Source: Gaiellaceae bacterium
Lineage (GTDB): Bacteria; Actinomycetota; Thermoleophilia; Gaiellales; Gaiellaceae
Assembly (NCBI GenBank): GCA_035264165.1
Contig: DATFQN010000093.1
Coordinates: forward strand, 18,258-82,257
Length of the DNA stretch: 64,000 nt
Reading direction: 5' to 3'
Shown piece after piece: positions 20,303 through 28,865 of the stretch (its first letter is position 1; the number at the start of each line of letters is the position of its first letter). Below the pieces are notes generated by a model. It was not told the DNA's origin. It did not search any database and worked only from the letters and a program-made list of their open reading frames with translations. The translations under genes were made by a program, and so were the position numbers.

Positions 20303-23023
20303 ATGGCGGTGGGGATGGCGGTGACGGCGGCGCAGCTGGAGAGTCTCGCTACGGCGGGGCGCGAACTCGCCGATGCCGAGAACCTGGACGATGCACTCGC
20401 CGCCCTTGCCCGAGCTGCGGCGGCCGCAACGAATGCAACTGTCGCCGTGGTCCGCGTGCCCGACGGTGCGGGCGGACTGCCCTCGCGGGCGGTCTGGTCG
20501 ACGTCGCCGGCGCTCGGAGCCGAGCTGGAAGGGTCGCGTCTGCTGCTCGAGGACACCAACGATCGGGCGGTCCCGGCCGCAGTCGGCCGACTCGCTGAGC
20601 GCATGGGCGCACGCGGAGTCCTGTTCGTTCCGGCTTCTGCGGACGGCCGTGTCGTCGCCACGCTCGAGCTGATCCGGCCGGCCGAGCCGTTCTCGTCGTC
20701 GGAGCAGATGCTCGCCGAGATCGCCTCGAACCAGGCGGGCCTGCTCGTTCGTGTCTTTGCGCCAGAAAACGGCGCGGCCAACGGCATGACGGCGGTCGCG
20801 GCGGCCCTCGAGCTCGCGGGCCGCGCGCTCACCGCAGGAAGTGAGGAGGCGCGCAGCGCCGAGCGCATCGCACGACTCGCAGCGGAAGTGACCGAGGCGA
20901 CGTCCTGCCTGCTGTGGCGGGTCGAGGACGACGAGGTGCAGCCGCTGGCTGCCGTGGGAGCGGTTGACGATCCCGCGGGCGACGCGCGGACGGCAGAAGC
21001 CGAGCTCGGCACCGAGACGCTCGTCACGAGGGACGAGCAGGCGGCGAAGATCGCGGTCGTGCGCCTCGGCGACCCGCCGTTGGGCGGTCTCAGGCTCGTG
21101 TTCACGGGGCGCATGCCTGCCTCGGACGAGCTCGAGCGCCTGGCGGCGTTCGGGACTCGCGCCGCTCACGCACTGCGCGCTGGTGAGCGCACCACCGAGC
21201 TCTCGCAGGAGCTCGAGCGGAGCCGTGCGCTGCTCGCGGTCGTCGGGCAGGCGATCGCGGAGCTCTCCCTCTCGCACACGCTCGACACCGCTGTCGACCG
21301 CGTCGCCGAGCTGCTGCGCACTCAGCGCGTCGCCGTTTATCTCCGTCAAGGTCGAGAGCTGGAGACCGCGGCGGAGCGGGGCTTGGCGGGGCCGCATCTC
21401 CGCGTCGCCCAGGCGCTGCTCGGTCTCGCGCTCGGGCGGCTCAGGCCCCGCCCCGTCGTCGAGATCCACGATGCCGCCGACGATCCCGCGCTCGCGGGCG
21501 TCCGAGAGGCCGTGACGGAGGCCGGCGTCGATGCGATCGCGTCGGTCGCGCTGCGCGCCGGCGGCGAGCTGATCGGGCTCCTGGTCGCCTACCTGCCGAG
21601 CGGGCGCCGCCTCCACGCGAACGAGTCCGCGCTTCTGGCGGCCCTCGCGGGCCAGCTCGCCGTCGCCGTCCAGAACGCCGGGCTCCACGAGGAGACGGCG
21701 CGCCTGGCGGCGGACAGGGAGGGGGCGCTGCGCTCCGAGCGCCGAGCGGCGCGCCGGCTCGAAGCGTTCTTTGAGATCTCGCGCTCCTTCTCCGAGAGCA
21801 TGGAGCTGGAGCAGACCGTCGAGGCCGTGACGCGGACCGCAGTCGAGTTGCTCGGCGTGGACGCGGCGGTGCTCCGGATGCTCGAGGGGCGAGGCGACGA
21901 TCTCGTCGCACGCTCTGTCTACATTCCCGATCCACGGCTCGCGTCGGCGCTCGAGCCGATCCTGAGCCGGCCGCAGCCGGTCACGCGCCTCACTGGATTG
22001 GGCCTCGGTGCCGCGCGCCGGGCGCTCGTGCTGGAGCCGGTGACGGCCCAGCACCTTGGTGGCGGCCACGAGCTCCTCGCGCCGTTTCTCGAGCGCGGGT
22101 CGAGCGCGGTCGTCGTTCCCGTGGTCGCTCCCGTCTCGGGCGAGGTGATGGCCGCGCTGACGGTGGTCGCGCTCGACCCGGCGCGAGTCGTCGACGCCGA
22201 GACGGTCGAGGCGCTCCGTTCGCTGGCGGCGCAGGCGGCGTTCGCGATCGACAACGCCCGCCTCTACCAGCAGCAGGCCGGCTTCGCCGACGCGATGCAG
22301 CGCTCGCTCCTTCCTGCCGCGCCGCCCGTGCTGCCCGGGCTCGAGGTGGGCAGCGTCTACGAGTCGTCGGCGCGGCTCGACGTGGGCGGCGACGTCTTCG
22401 ACTACGCGACGCTGCCCGACGGGCGTCTGGCCGTCGTCGTCGGCGACGTCACCGGGAAGGGGATCGACGCCGCCGCCGACATGGCCATGACGAAGTTCGT
22501 CTTCCGCTCGCTGGCCCGGGAGCACCCGGATCCGTCCGACTTCCTCCACGCGGCCAACGACGTCGTGGTCGAGGAGGTGCAGGAGGGAAAGTTCGTCACG
22601 CTCGTTTACCTGAGACTCGATCCGACGACCGGCGAGGTCGCCTGCGCCAGCGCAGGTCACCCGGTCCCGCGGCTCGTCTGCGACGACGGCCGTGTCCTTC
22701 AGCTCGCAGCCACAGGCCTCGCCCTCGGCATCTCGCGGGATCAACGGTACCCCGAGGCGCGCGAGCAGCTCGATCCCGGCAGCGCCGTCGTGCTCTTCAC
22801 CGACGGCGTGGTCGAGGCGCGGCGCGACGGTGAGCTCTACGGCGACGACCGGCTCGACCGGTCGCTCTCCGAGCACCGCGAGCTGCCTGCGCCGGAGCTC
22901 GCTCGTGCCGTCGTCGACGACGCCCGCGCGTTCGCAGGCGGGGGTCTCGACGACGACTCGGCCGTCGTCGTCGTCAAGCGGATCGAAGCCGGCCGCACCG
23001 GCAAAGCCGGCACGGCCTCTTGA
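20303..23023 (+). CDS. multi-GAF domain PP2C/SpoIIE-family protein phosphatase
   Basis: 906 aa. The C-terminal SpoIIE/PP2C domain has MQRSLLP, VGGDVFDY, VVGDVTGKGIDAA, SAGHP, LFTDGVVE and DDSAVVVV. About four GAF-like repeats lie upstream. A TATAAAT at 20298-20304 overlaps the first ATG, so GTG 20309 or ATG 20315 are alternative starts. Confidence 0.85.
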   Translation: MAVGMAVTAAQLESLATAGRELADAENLDDALAALARAAAAATNATVAVVRVPDGAGGLPSRAVWSTSPALGAELEGSRLLLEDTNDRAVPAAVGRLAERMGARGVLFVPASADGRVVATLELIRPAEPFSSSEQMLAEIASNQAGLLVRVFAPENGAANGMTAVAAALELAGRALTAGSEEARSAERIARLAAEVTEATSCLLWRVEDDEVQPLAAVGAVDDPAGDARTAEAELGTETLVTRDEQAAKIAVVRLGDPPLGGLRLVFTGRMPASDELERLAAFGTRAAHALRAGERTTELSQELERSRALLAVVGQAIAELSLSHTLDTAVDRVAELLRTQRVAVYLRQGRELETAAERGLAGPHLRVAQALLGLALGRLRPRPVVEIHDAADDPALAGVREAVTEAGVDAIASVALRAGGELIGLLVAYLPSGRRLHANESALLAALAGQLAVAVQNAGLHEETARLAADREGALRSERRAARRLEAFFEISRSFSESMELEQTVEAVTRTAVELLGVDAAVLRMLEGRGDDLVARSVYIPDPRLASALEPILSRPQPVTRLTGLGLGAARRALVLEPVTAQHLGGGHELLAPFLERGSSAVVVPVVAPVSGEVMAALTVVALDPARVVDAETVEALRSLAAQAAFAIDNARLYQQQAGFADAMQRSLLPAAPPVLPGLEVGSVYESSARLDVGGDVFDYATLPDGRLAVVVGDVTGKGIDAAADMAMTKFVFRSLAREHPDPSDFLHAANDVVVEEVQEGKFVTLVYLRLDPTTGEVACASAGHPVPRLVCDDGRVLQLAATGLALGISRDQRYPEAREQLDPGSAVVLFTDGVVEARRDGELYGDDRLDRSLSEHRELPAPELARAVVDDARAFAGGGLDDDSAVVVVKRIEAGRTGKAGTAS

Positions 23024-24552
23024 CGGCGTCGCAAACGAGCGCCTCCGCGGACAGGTTCCAGGCGGCGCTCACCGGCGTCGTCTTTGCAGCGGGAGTCGGA
23101 TCGCTGGCGACCGAGATCGCCGCCTCACGCCTGCTCGCGCCGTACTTCGGCAACTCGACGATCGTGTGGGCAAACGTCATCGGCCTGATCCTCGCATCGC
23201 TTTCGCTGGGCTACTGGCTCGGGGGCCGGCTTGCCGACCGGCGGCCGTCTCCGCGCGCCCTGGGTACGGTCGTCGTGGCCGCAGCGTGCTTGATTGCGGT
23301 GATCCCGTTTGTCGCGCGGCCGCTGCTCGACCTGTCGGTCGAAGGCCTGGACCGCGTCTCTGCGGGCGCGGCCATCGGCTCGTTCTTCGGGGTGCTCATC
23401 CTGTTCGTCCCGCCCGTCGTGCTCCTGGGGATGGTGGCGCCGTTCGCGATCCGACTGGCGCTGACCGACGTGAGGACGGCCGGCGCGGTCGCCGGGCGCC
23501 TCTACGCCGTCTCCACCGTGGGCAGCCTCCTCGGAACGTTCCTCTCGGCGCTCGTCTTGATCCCGGCCATCGGGACGCAGCGGACGCTGCTCGCCGCCGC
23601 CGCGCTGATCGGGGGCGGAGGGGCGCTGCTGCTCGGGCGGCGCTGGCTCGTCCTTGCCGGTGGGCTCGCGGCGCTCCTCCTGATCCCGCCCGGCGCCGTG
23701 AAGGCGCAGGCCGGATTGCTCTACGAGGACGAATCGCGTTACCAGTTCATCCAGGTGGTCGAGCAGGACGGCGTGCGGCGCCTCTACCTCGACGAGGGGC
23801 TCGCCACGCATTCGGTCTGGAGGCGTGACACAGTGCTGACGGGCGGCGTGTGGGATACCTACCTGGCCGTTCCCGACCTCTTGGGCCGCCCGCCCGAGCG
23901 CGTCGCGATGCTCGGCAACGCCGCGGGCACCGCTGCGCGGGCGTTCGCGAGGTTCTACCCGTTCGTCCGCATCGACGGAGTCGAGCTCGATCCAGCCGTC
24001 AGTGACGCCGGACGGCGGTTCTTCGAGATGGGAACGATCCCTGGCCTCGAAGTGCACGATCTCGACGCCCGCTCATATCTCCGGCAGACGGACGAGCGGT
24101 ACGACGTGATCATCGTCGACGCCTATCGCCCTCCGTACGTCCCGTTCTACTTGGCGACGAAGGAGTTCTTCGAGCTCGTGCGCACGCGCCTGAACCCTGG
24201 CGGCATCGTCGCGCTGAACGTCGCAACGACGCCCGATGATCACAGCCTGGCAACGAGTGTTGCCGGAACCCTGGCGTCCGTGCTGCCGCGAGTTTTGGCC
24301 TGGCAGCCGCTTCGCTTCAACCAGATCGTGATCGGCCAGAACGGTGCCCCGCTCGGGTCCGTGCGGCCGGCTCCAGCGGCTGTGAAGCCGCTTGTCGACG
24401 ACTTGAGGAGAAGTGCGAGATCGGTTGCGGCCGCTGCCGATCCGTGGACGGACGACCGCGCGCCGGTCGAGTGGATCACCGACCGCATGATCGTCGAGTT
24501 CGCGGCCGAGGGCGGGCGCTTCGAGGAGGAGCCGCTGCCGACGTTGCCTTAG
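23020..24552 (+). CDS. membrane-fused spermidine synthase-like (aminopropyl/methyltransferase fold) protein
   Basis: TTG 23020 overlaps the phosphatase TGA (TTGA). The N-terminal half has about 7 TM helices. The C-terminal half has RVAMLGNAAGT, IDGVELDP, YDVIIVDAY and LNPGGIVALNV. Confidence 0.75.
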   Translation: MTASQTSASADRFQAALTGVVFAAGVGSLATEIAASRLLAPYFGNSTIVWANVIGLILASLSLGYWLGGRLADRRPSPRALGTVVVAAACLIAVIPFVARPLLDLSVEGLDRVSAGAAIGSFFGVLILFVPPVVLLGMVAPFAIRLALTDVRTAGAVAGRLYAVSTVGSLLGTFLSALVLIPAIGTQRTLLAAAALIGGGGALLLGRRWLVLAGGLAALLLIPPGAVKAQAGLLYEDESRYQFIQVVEQDGVRRLYLDEGLATHSVWRRDTVLTGGVWDTYLAVPDLLGRPPERVAMLGNAAGTAARAFARFYPFVRIDGVELDPAVSDAGRRFFEMGTIPGLEVHDLDARSYLRQTDERYDVIIVDAYRPPYVPFYLATKEFFELVRTRLNPGGIVALNVATTPDDHSLATSVAGTLASVLPRVLAWQPLRFNQIVIGQNGAPLGSVRPAPAAVKPLVDDLRRSARSVAAAADPWTDDRAPVEWITDRMIVEFAAEGGRFEEEPLPTLP

Positions 24553-24658
24553 GAGGTCCCGGCGGAACGTCGCTCGTCCGAGCAACGCCCCTCCGCCGGC
24601 ACAGCCGACGTTTCGCCGAGGCCTCGTAATCTGACGGTTTCCTTACACTGCGGCGCGA

Positions 24659-25723
24659 ATGAGGCGTGGGGTTCTGTTCGGCTTGGCTGCGTTCGTCTGC
24701 CTGCTCGCAGGCCTGTTCAGCGCTGCGGTCCTCGCCGCGCCGGGGTCTCTTGGCGCGGTGACGACGATCACGCTGCCCTCGACGACGCTGACGACGACGA
24801 CCACTACCGTCACCACAACGACGGCCACGACCACCACCCGCGCGCCGCAGGTCTTCTACATCGCGCAGGGCGTCACCGTGGGGAAGACCGAGGTCGGCGG
24901 GATGACGCCGGCGGAAGCGCGTGCGATCGTCCAGGCCAAGTTCGACGCGACGCTCGACGTGCGTTTCGGCGCGCGGACGTCCTCCGCCTCCCCACGCAGG
25001 CTGGGCGCGACGGCCCGCGTCCGCCTCGCGATCGATCAGGCTCGCCGGGCAGCGCCGAACGCGCACATCCCGCTCTTCGTGACACTGCGAAGCGGCGGTG
25101 TCAGCCGGTACGTAAGGGCGCTGGCGCGCCGCCTCGATTCTCCTGTCCGGGACGCTCGCCTCGTCGGCCTGCGCCGACTGCGGCCCTGGATCACCAAGGA
25201 GCGCGCGGGCAAGGTGGTCAAGCAGCGGAACGCGGTCCGGCGGATCGTCGCGGCGCTGCGGACGCATGAGCGGACGGTTCGCATCCGCGCCGCCCGCCTC
25301 GACCCCCGCGTCACACGCGCCCGCTTCGGTCCGATCATCGTCATCCGCCGGGGGTCGAAGGTGCTGAACCTCTACCGCGGGATGCACCTGTGGAAGCGCC
25401 TCGGCGTGGCAACGGGACAATCGTCGTACCCGACCCCGACCGGGAACTACTCGATCGTGACGATGCAGCGGCATCCGTGGTGGTATCCGCCCGATTCGGA
25501 CTGGGCGGAGGGCGAGGAGCCGATCCCGCCTGGGCCCGGGAACCCGCTCGGCACGCGCTGGATGGGTCTCAGCGCTCCGGGCGTCGGGATCCACGGGACG
25601 CCGGACGCGGCGTCCATCGGCTACTCGGCGTCCCACGGGTGCATCCGGATGCGGATTCCCGAAGCGGAGTGGCTCTTCAGCCATGTTCGGGTCGGGACCC
25701 CCGTGTTCATCGTCCGGGCGTAG
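24659..25723 (+). CDS. L,D-transpeptidase (YkuD domain) with Thr-rich linker
   Basis: Signal/anchor MRRGVLFGLAAFVCLLAGLF, then a poly-Thr stretch TTLTTTTTTVTTTTATTTT. The C-terminal YkuD domain carries the catalytic motif SHGCIRM. Confidence 0.85.
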   Translation: MRRGVLFGLAAFVCLLAGLFSAAVLAAPGSLGAVTTITLPSTTLTTTTTTVTTTTATTTTRAPQVFYIAQGVTVGKTEVGGMTPAEARAIVQAKFDATLDVRFGARTSSASPRRLGATARVRLAIDQARRAAPNAHIPLFVTLRSGGVSRYVRALARRLDSPVRDARLVGLRRLRPWITKERAGKVVKQRNAVRRIVAALRTHERTVRIRAARLDPRVTRARFGPIIVIRRGSKVLNLYRGMHLWKRLGVATGQSSYPTPTGNYSIVTMQRHPWWYPPDSDWAEGEEPIPPGPGNPLGTRWMGLSAPGVGIHGTPDAASIGYSASHGCIRMRIPEAEWLFSHVRVGTPVFIVRA

Positions 25724-25733
25724 CCTTTCTGTC

Positions 25734-26294
25734 ATGGCAGGGCGGCTGAAGGTTGCGGCCCAGGTAGTGGCGCTGGCCCTCGTGGCGGGGCTCTTCGCGC
25801 TGCTCGTCTGGAAGGTGGCGACGCAGGAAGAGGGCGCTGCCCCGAAACTCGGGCGCGGCGAGACTCCGGCGGCGCCGGCCTTTCACCTCGATCGGCTCGA
25901 TCGGCCGGGCAAGCTCTCACTGGCCGCGTACCGAGGGCGTCCCGTCGTCCTCAACTTCTGGGCCTCGTGGTGTGTCCCGTGCAAGCAGGAGGCGCCGCTG
26001 CTCGAATCCGTCTGGCGGCGCTATCGCGATCGAGGGCTCGTCGTCCTCGGTGTGGACATCAACGACCTCCGCGGCGACGCGCGCCGCTTTGCGCGGCAGA
26101 ACAAGATGAGCTACCCGCTGGTCTACGACGGGCCGGGGAAGACGACCACCCAGTACGGATTGACCGGCGTCCCGGAGACGTTCTTCGTCGCCCGCTCGGG
26201 CAAGCTCGTGTGCGACCGCGTCGAGGCCGGCGTCCATCTCGAGGGCAACAAGGAGCGGTTCGAGGATTGCGTCGAGGAGGTGCTGGGCGCGTGA
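25734..26294 (+). CDS. TlpA/ResA/CcmG-type membrane-anchored thiol:disulfide oxidoreductase
   Basis: In-frame ATG 25734. TM anchor followed by a thioredoxin fold with VVLNFWASWCVPCKQE and GVPETFFV. Confidence 0.85.
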   Translation: MAGRLKVAAQVVALALVAGLFALLVWKVATQEEGAAPKLGRGETPAAPAFHLDRLDRPGKLSLAAYRGRPVVLNFWASWCVPCKQEAPLLESVWRRYRDRGLVVLGVDINDLRGDARRFARQNKMSYPLVYDGPGKTTTQYGLTGVPETFFVARSGKLVCDRVEAGVHLEGNKERFEDCVEEVLGA

Positions 26295-26740
26295 GGTTCG
26301 TGCTGGCGCTCGCCGTGGCTCTCGTCCTGGTGCCCGCTGCCGCAGCCTGTCCGAACGCGGCCGACCTGGAGGGCGAGCTGATCTGTCCGACCTGCAAGAC
26401 GACGCTCGACCAGTCGGACGCACCGGCCGCCCGCCGGATCAAGAGCCTGATCCGGCAGCGCGTCGCGGAGTGCGCATCGGAGCAGCAGATCAAGGACGAG
26501 CTGGTCGCGCAGTTCGGGCCGGCGGTGCTGGCGGCGCCGCCGAAGAAGGGCTTCCACTGGATCGTCTGGCTCCTGCCGCCGATGGGCATCTTGGCCGCCG
26601 CGACGGTGATCTCGGTGCTCGTCTGGCGCTGGAGCAGGGCGCGCGGCGACGAGGCAGTGGCGGACTCCAACGGCCGCCCACCGCTCGATCCGGAGCTCGA
26701 GCGCCGGCTCGACCGGGAGCTCGCCCGGTTCGATGGCTGA
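26291..26740 (+). CDS. ccmH: cytochrome c-type biogenesis protein CcmH/NrfF family
   Basis: GTG 26291 overlaps the upstream TGA (GTGA). Signal peptide, then LICPTCKTTLDQSDAPAA...IK, then the TM helix WIVWLLPPMGILAAATVISVLVW. Confidence 0.78.
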   Translation: MRFVLALAVALVLVPAAAACPNAADLEGELICPTCKTTLDQSDAPAARRIKSLIRQRVAECASEQQIKDELVAQFGPAVLAAPPKKGFHWIVWLLPPMGILAAATVISVLVWRWSRARGDEAVADSNGRPPLDPELERRLDRELARFDG

Positions 26741-27440
26741 GATTCCGGTTGCGTTCGCCGCCGGCGTACTGTCGATCATCACCCCCTGCGTGCTCCCGCT
26801 CGTGCCGGGCTACTTGTCGGCCGTCTCGGCCGTCGAGGCGAACCGGCTCGGCGAGCCGGGCGTGGGCCGCCGAGTGGCGGCGGCCAGCATCCCGTTCGTT
26901 CTCGGCTTTACTGTCGTCTTCGTCGTCTTGGGCGCCGCGGCGGCCGCGCTCGGCGGCCTGCTCGACCTCAACCGCCGCTCCGAAGTGGCCGGCTTCATCC
27001 TGGTCGTGCTCGGTCTGGCCTTCCTCGGTCTGCTGCCGTGGCCCGAGCGCCTGGTCGCGCCCGGGCTCCTGAGCGGTGCGCGCCGCCGGGGCTCAGGAGC
27101 GCTCCTGGGCGCCGCCTTCGCCGTCTGTGCGGCGCCATGCATCGGCACCGTGCTCGCGTCGGTGCTCGTGCTGGCCGGCAATACGGAGACGGCGCTCAAG
27201 GGATCGGTGCTGCTGGCCGCATACTCAGCCGGCCTTGGGATCGCATTCGTGCTCGCGTCGATCGCGTTCGTGCGCGCGATGAGCGCGTTCCGCTGGCTGC
27301 GCGACCAGTACCAGGTCATCCGAATCGTCAGCGGTGGCCTCCTCGTCGTCATCGGCCTCACGCTCTTCTTCCATCGCGACGGCTGGCTGCGCGTCGGCAT
27401 GAACCGGCTGCTCGAGCTCGTCGGATTAGGAACCTTCTAG
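26733..27440 (+). CDS. ccdA: cytochrome c biogenesis protein CcdA (DsbD transmembrane domain family)
   Basis: Two conserved membrane Cys motifs (IITPCVLPLVPGY and AVCAAPCIGTVL); 6-TM profile; 235 aa. Confidence 0.85.
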   Translation: MAEIPVAFAAGVLSIITPCVLPLVPGYLSAVSAVEANRLGEPGVGRRVAAASIPFVLGFTVVFVVLGAAAAALGGLLDLNRRSEVAGFILVVLGLAFLGLLPWPERLVAPGLLSGARRRGSGALLGAAFAVCAAPCIGTVLASVLVLAGNTETALKGSVLLAAYSAGLGIAFVLASIAFVRAMSAFRWLRDQYQVIRIVSGGLLVVIGLTLFFHRDGWLRVGMNRLLELVGLGTF

Positions 27441-28160
27441 GAGCTCGTCCACCTCGCGGATGCTGCGGCCCACGAGCTCGGGGAGGCAGAGGCGTGCGGC
27501 TTCTTCGGCTGTCACCCAGCTGAAGCCGTCGTGCTCTTCGTTGAGCAGCACTCGGGCGTCGGCCGGCGCCGCAGCTGCGTAGACCGCCCAGGATCGAGCG
27601 ACGTCCACGGCCTTGAGGGGCAGCTGGAGGCCGGTCTCCTCGCGCAACTCCCGGCTCGCGGCTTCGAGCGGATCCTCGTTGGCCTCGCGTACTCCTGACG
27701 GGGGCGTCCAGGCCCAGTCGCCTTCGTAGTCGGACCCGTGGCGCGTGCGGCGGTGAAGGACCAGGTACTCACGGCCCTTCGAGCTCGCCCGCCAGACCAC
27801 AACCGAGCAGCCGAACGGCCTGTCCCCGAGGGGCAGGAACGGCGGCTCCAGGTCCACGGAGCCTGCGGCAACCGTTCGACGCGCGCTTTCCACGGAGAAG
27901 AGGAGGAGGTCGAGGGCGACGCCTCGATGCTCAGGCGCGAACGGCCCGAGCCGGCGCGCCGCTTTCTCGAGCTGTCGCTCGCAGCCGACGCGGTTTCCGC
28001 GCCCGGCCTGGTACCAGGCGACGGCGACGTGAACAAGGCCCTGGAAGAAGTCCTTCTCCGCGGGGCCGGCGCTGCGCCAGACGTCCTCGAGCGTCTCGTG
28101 CGCTTCGAAATACTCGCCACGGGCGATCTGGTCGAGCCCGCGACCCAGGTCTTCCTCCAC
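27426..28160 (-). CDS. DUF309 domain - NUDIX hydrolase fusion protein
   Basis: GTG at 28160 inside the 27426..28790 ORF. The N-terminal part has GEYFEAHETLEDVW...FFQGLVHVAVAWYQAGRGN (DUF309). The C-terminal part has the Nudix box GVREANEDPLEAASRELREETGL. Confidence 0.72.
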   Translation of the reverse strand: MEEDLGRGLDQIARGEYFEAHETLEDVWRSAGPAEKDFFQGLVHVAVAWYQAGRGNRVGCERQLEKAARRLGPFAPEHRGVALDLLLFSVESARRTVAAGSVDLEPPFLPLGDRPFGCSVVVWRASSKGREYLVLHRRTRHGSDYEGDWAWTPPSGVREANEDPLEAASRELREETGLQLPLKAVDVARSWAVYAAAAPADARVLLNEEHDGFSWVTAEEAARLCLPELVGRSIREVDELLEGS

Positions 28161-28187
28161 GAGACGAAGTGTTACCCTCGACGCGAG

Positions 28188-28493
28188 ATGGCGACGATCC
28201 TGCTTGCGGGGATCGACCTCTTCTTCCGCGGCAAGCTCGAGGCATCCCTCGTGGGCCATCGGTTCATCACGACCGAGGGCGTCGACCCACCGGACATCGT
28301 GATCGCGGACATCGCCAGGATCGACCCGGACGAGGTCGCGGATGCCTACCCCGACGTGCCGATCCTTGGGTTCTCGAACCACTCGGATACGTCGGGCCTT
28401 CGCCGCGCGCACGAGGCCGGATTCGATCAGGTCGTGGCCAAGTCCGCGCTGTCCGAACGGGCGCCTGAGCTGGTCGAGGGCCTGCTTGGCTGA
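28188..28493 (+). CDS. small receiver(CheY)-like single-domain protein lacking the N-terminal acidic pair
   Basis: ATG 28188 within the 27738..28493 ORF; 101 aa. Beta-alpha pattern TILLAGID / DIVIADI / VPILGFSNHS / GFDQVVAKS resembles a REC fold with D, S and K retained but no DD after strand 1. Confidence 0.5.
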   Translation: MATILLAGIDLFFRGKLEASLVGHRFITTEGVDPPDIVIADIARIDPDEVADAYPDVPILGFSNHSDTSGLRRAHEAGFDQVVAKSALSERAPELVEGLLG

Positions 28494-28511
28494 GCCGCTA
28501 GGGTCCGCACC

Positions 28512-28817
28512 GTGACGTACATCATCGCCGAGCCCTGCATAGACATCAAAGACCGCTCGTGCGTCGACGTCTGCCCCGTCGACTGCATCCACGAGTTCGA
28601 GCGGATTCTGATCATCGATCCAGAGGAGTGCATCGATTGCGGTGCCTGCGAGCCTGAATGTCCGGTCGAGGCGATCTTCCCCGAAGATGCGCTGCCCGAT
28701 AAGTGGGAGCCGTTCGTCAAGATCAACTACGCCTACGGCGACGGCGCCGAGGTGGTGAACCAGCTCACGGACGAGTACGCCACTGAGCACAACGTCCAGA
28801 ACCCACCCCTGGAGTAG
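28512..28817 (+). CDS. fdxA: ferredoxin (7Fe, 3Fe-4S + 4Fe-4S type)
   Basis: MTYIIAEPCIDIKDRSCVDVCPVDCI and CIDCGACEPECPVEAI cluster motifs; 101 aa. Confidence 0.9.
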   Translation: MTYIIAEPCIDIKDRSCVDVCPVDCIHEFERILIIDPEECIDCGACEPECPVEAIFPEDALPDKWEPFVKINYAYGDGAEVVNQLTDEYATEHNVQNPPLE

Positions 28818-28836
28818 CTTCGCGCAGACCGGGTAT

Positions 28837-28861
28837 CCCTCCTAAGGACGAGAAAGGAGGG
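28837..28861 (+). promoter_or_regulatory. hairpin whose 3' arm is the Shine-Dalgarno of the downstream gene
   Basis: CCCTCCT (28837-28843) pairs perfectly with AGGAGGG (28855-28861) across an 11-nt loop. ATG 28866 lies 4 nt after the stem. It may also act as the fdxA terminator. Confidence 0.5.
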
Positions 28862-28865
28862 CTGT

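Noticed and set aside
20297-22876. 859-aa minus-strand ORF opposite the GAF-PP2C phosphatase gene
   Set aside because: It has no recognisable domains, whereas the plus strand shows a complete SpoIIE/PP2C motif set.
24763-24840. Short-period ACG/ACC repeats as a CRISPR or VNTR locus
   Set aside because: It is an in-frame Thr-codon run within the L,D-transpeptidase gene, with no spacer-repeat organisation.
28161-28790. N-terminal 210 codons of the 454-aa minus-strand ORF that contains the DUF309-NUDIX gene
   Set aside because: This part is antisense to the ferredoxin and REC-like genes and has no motifs. The DUF309 domain begins right after the internal GTG 28160.
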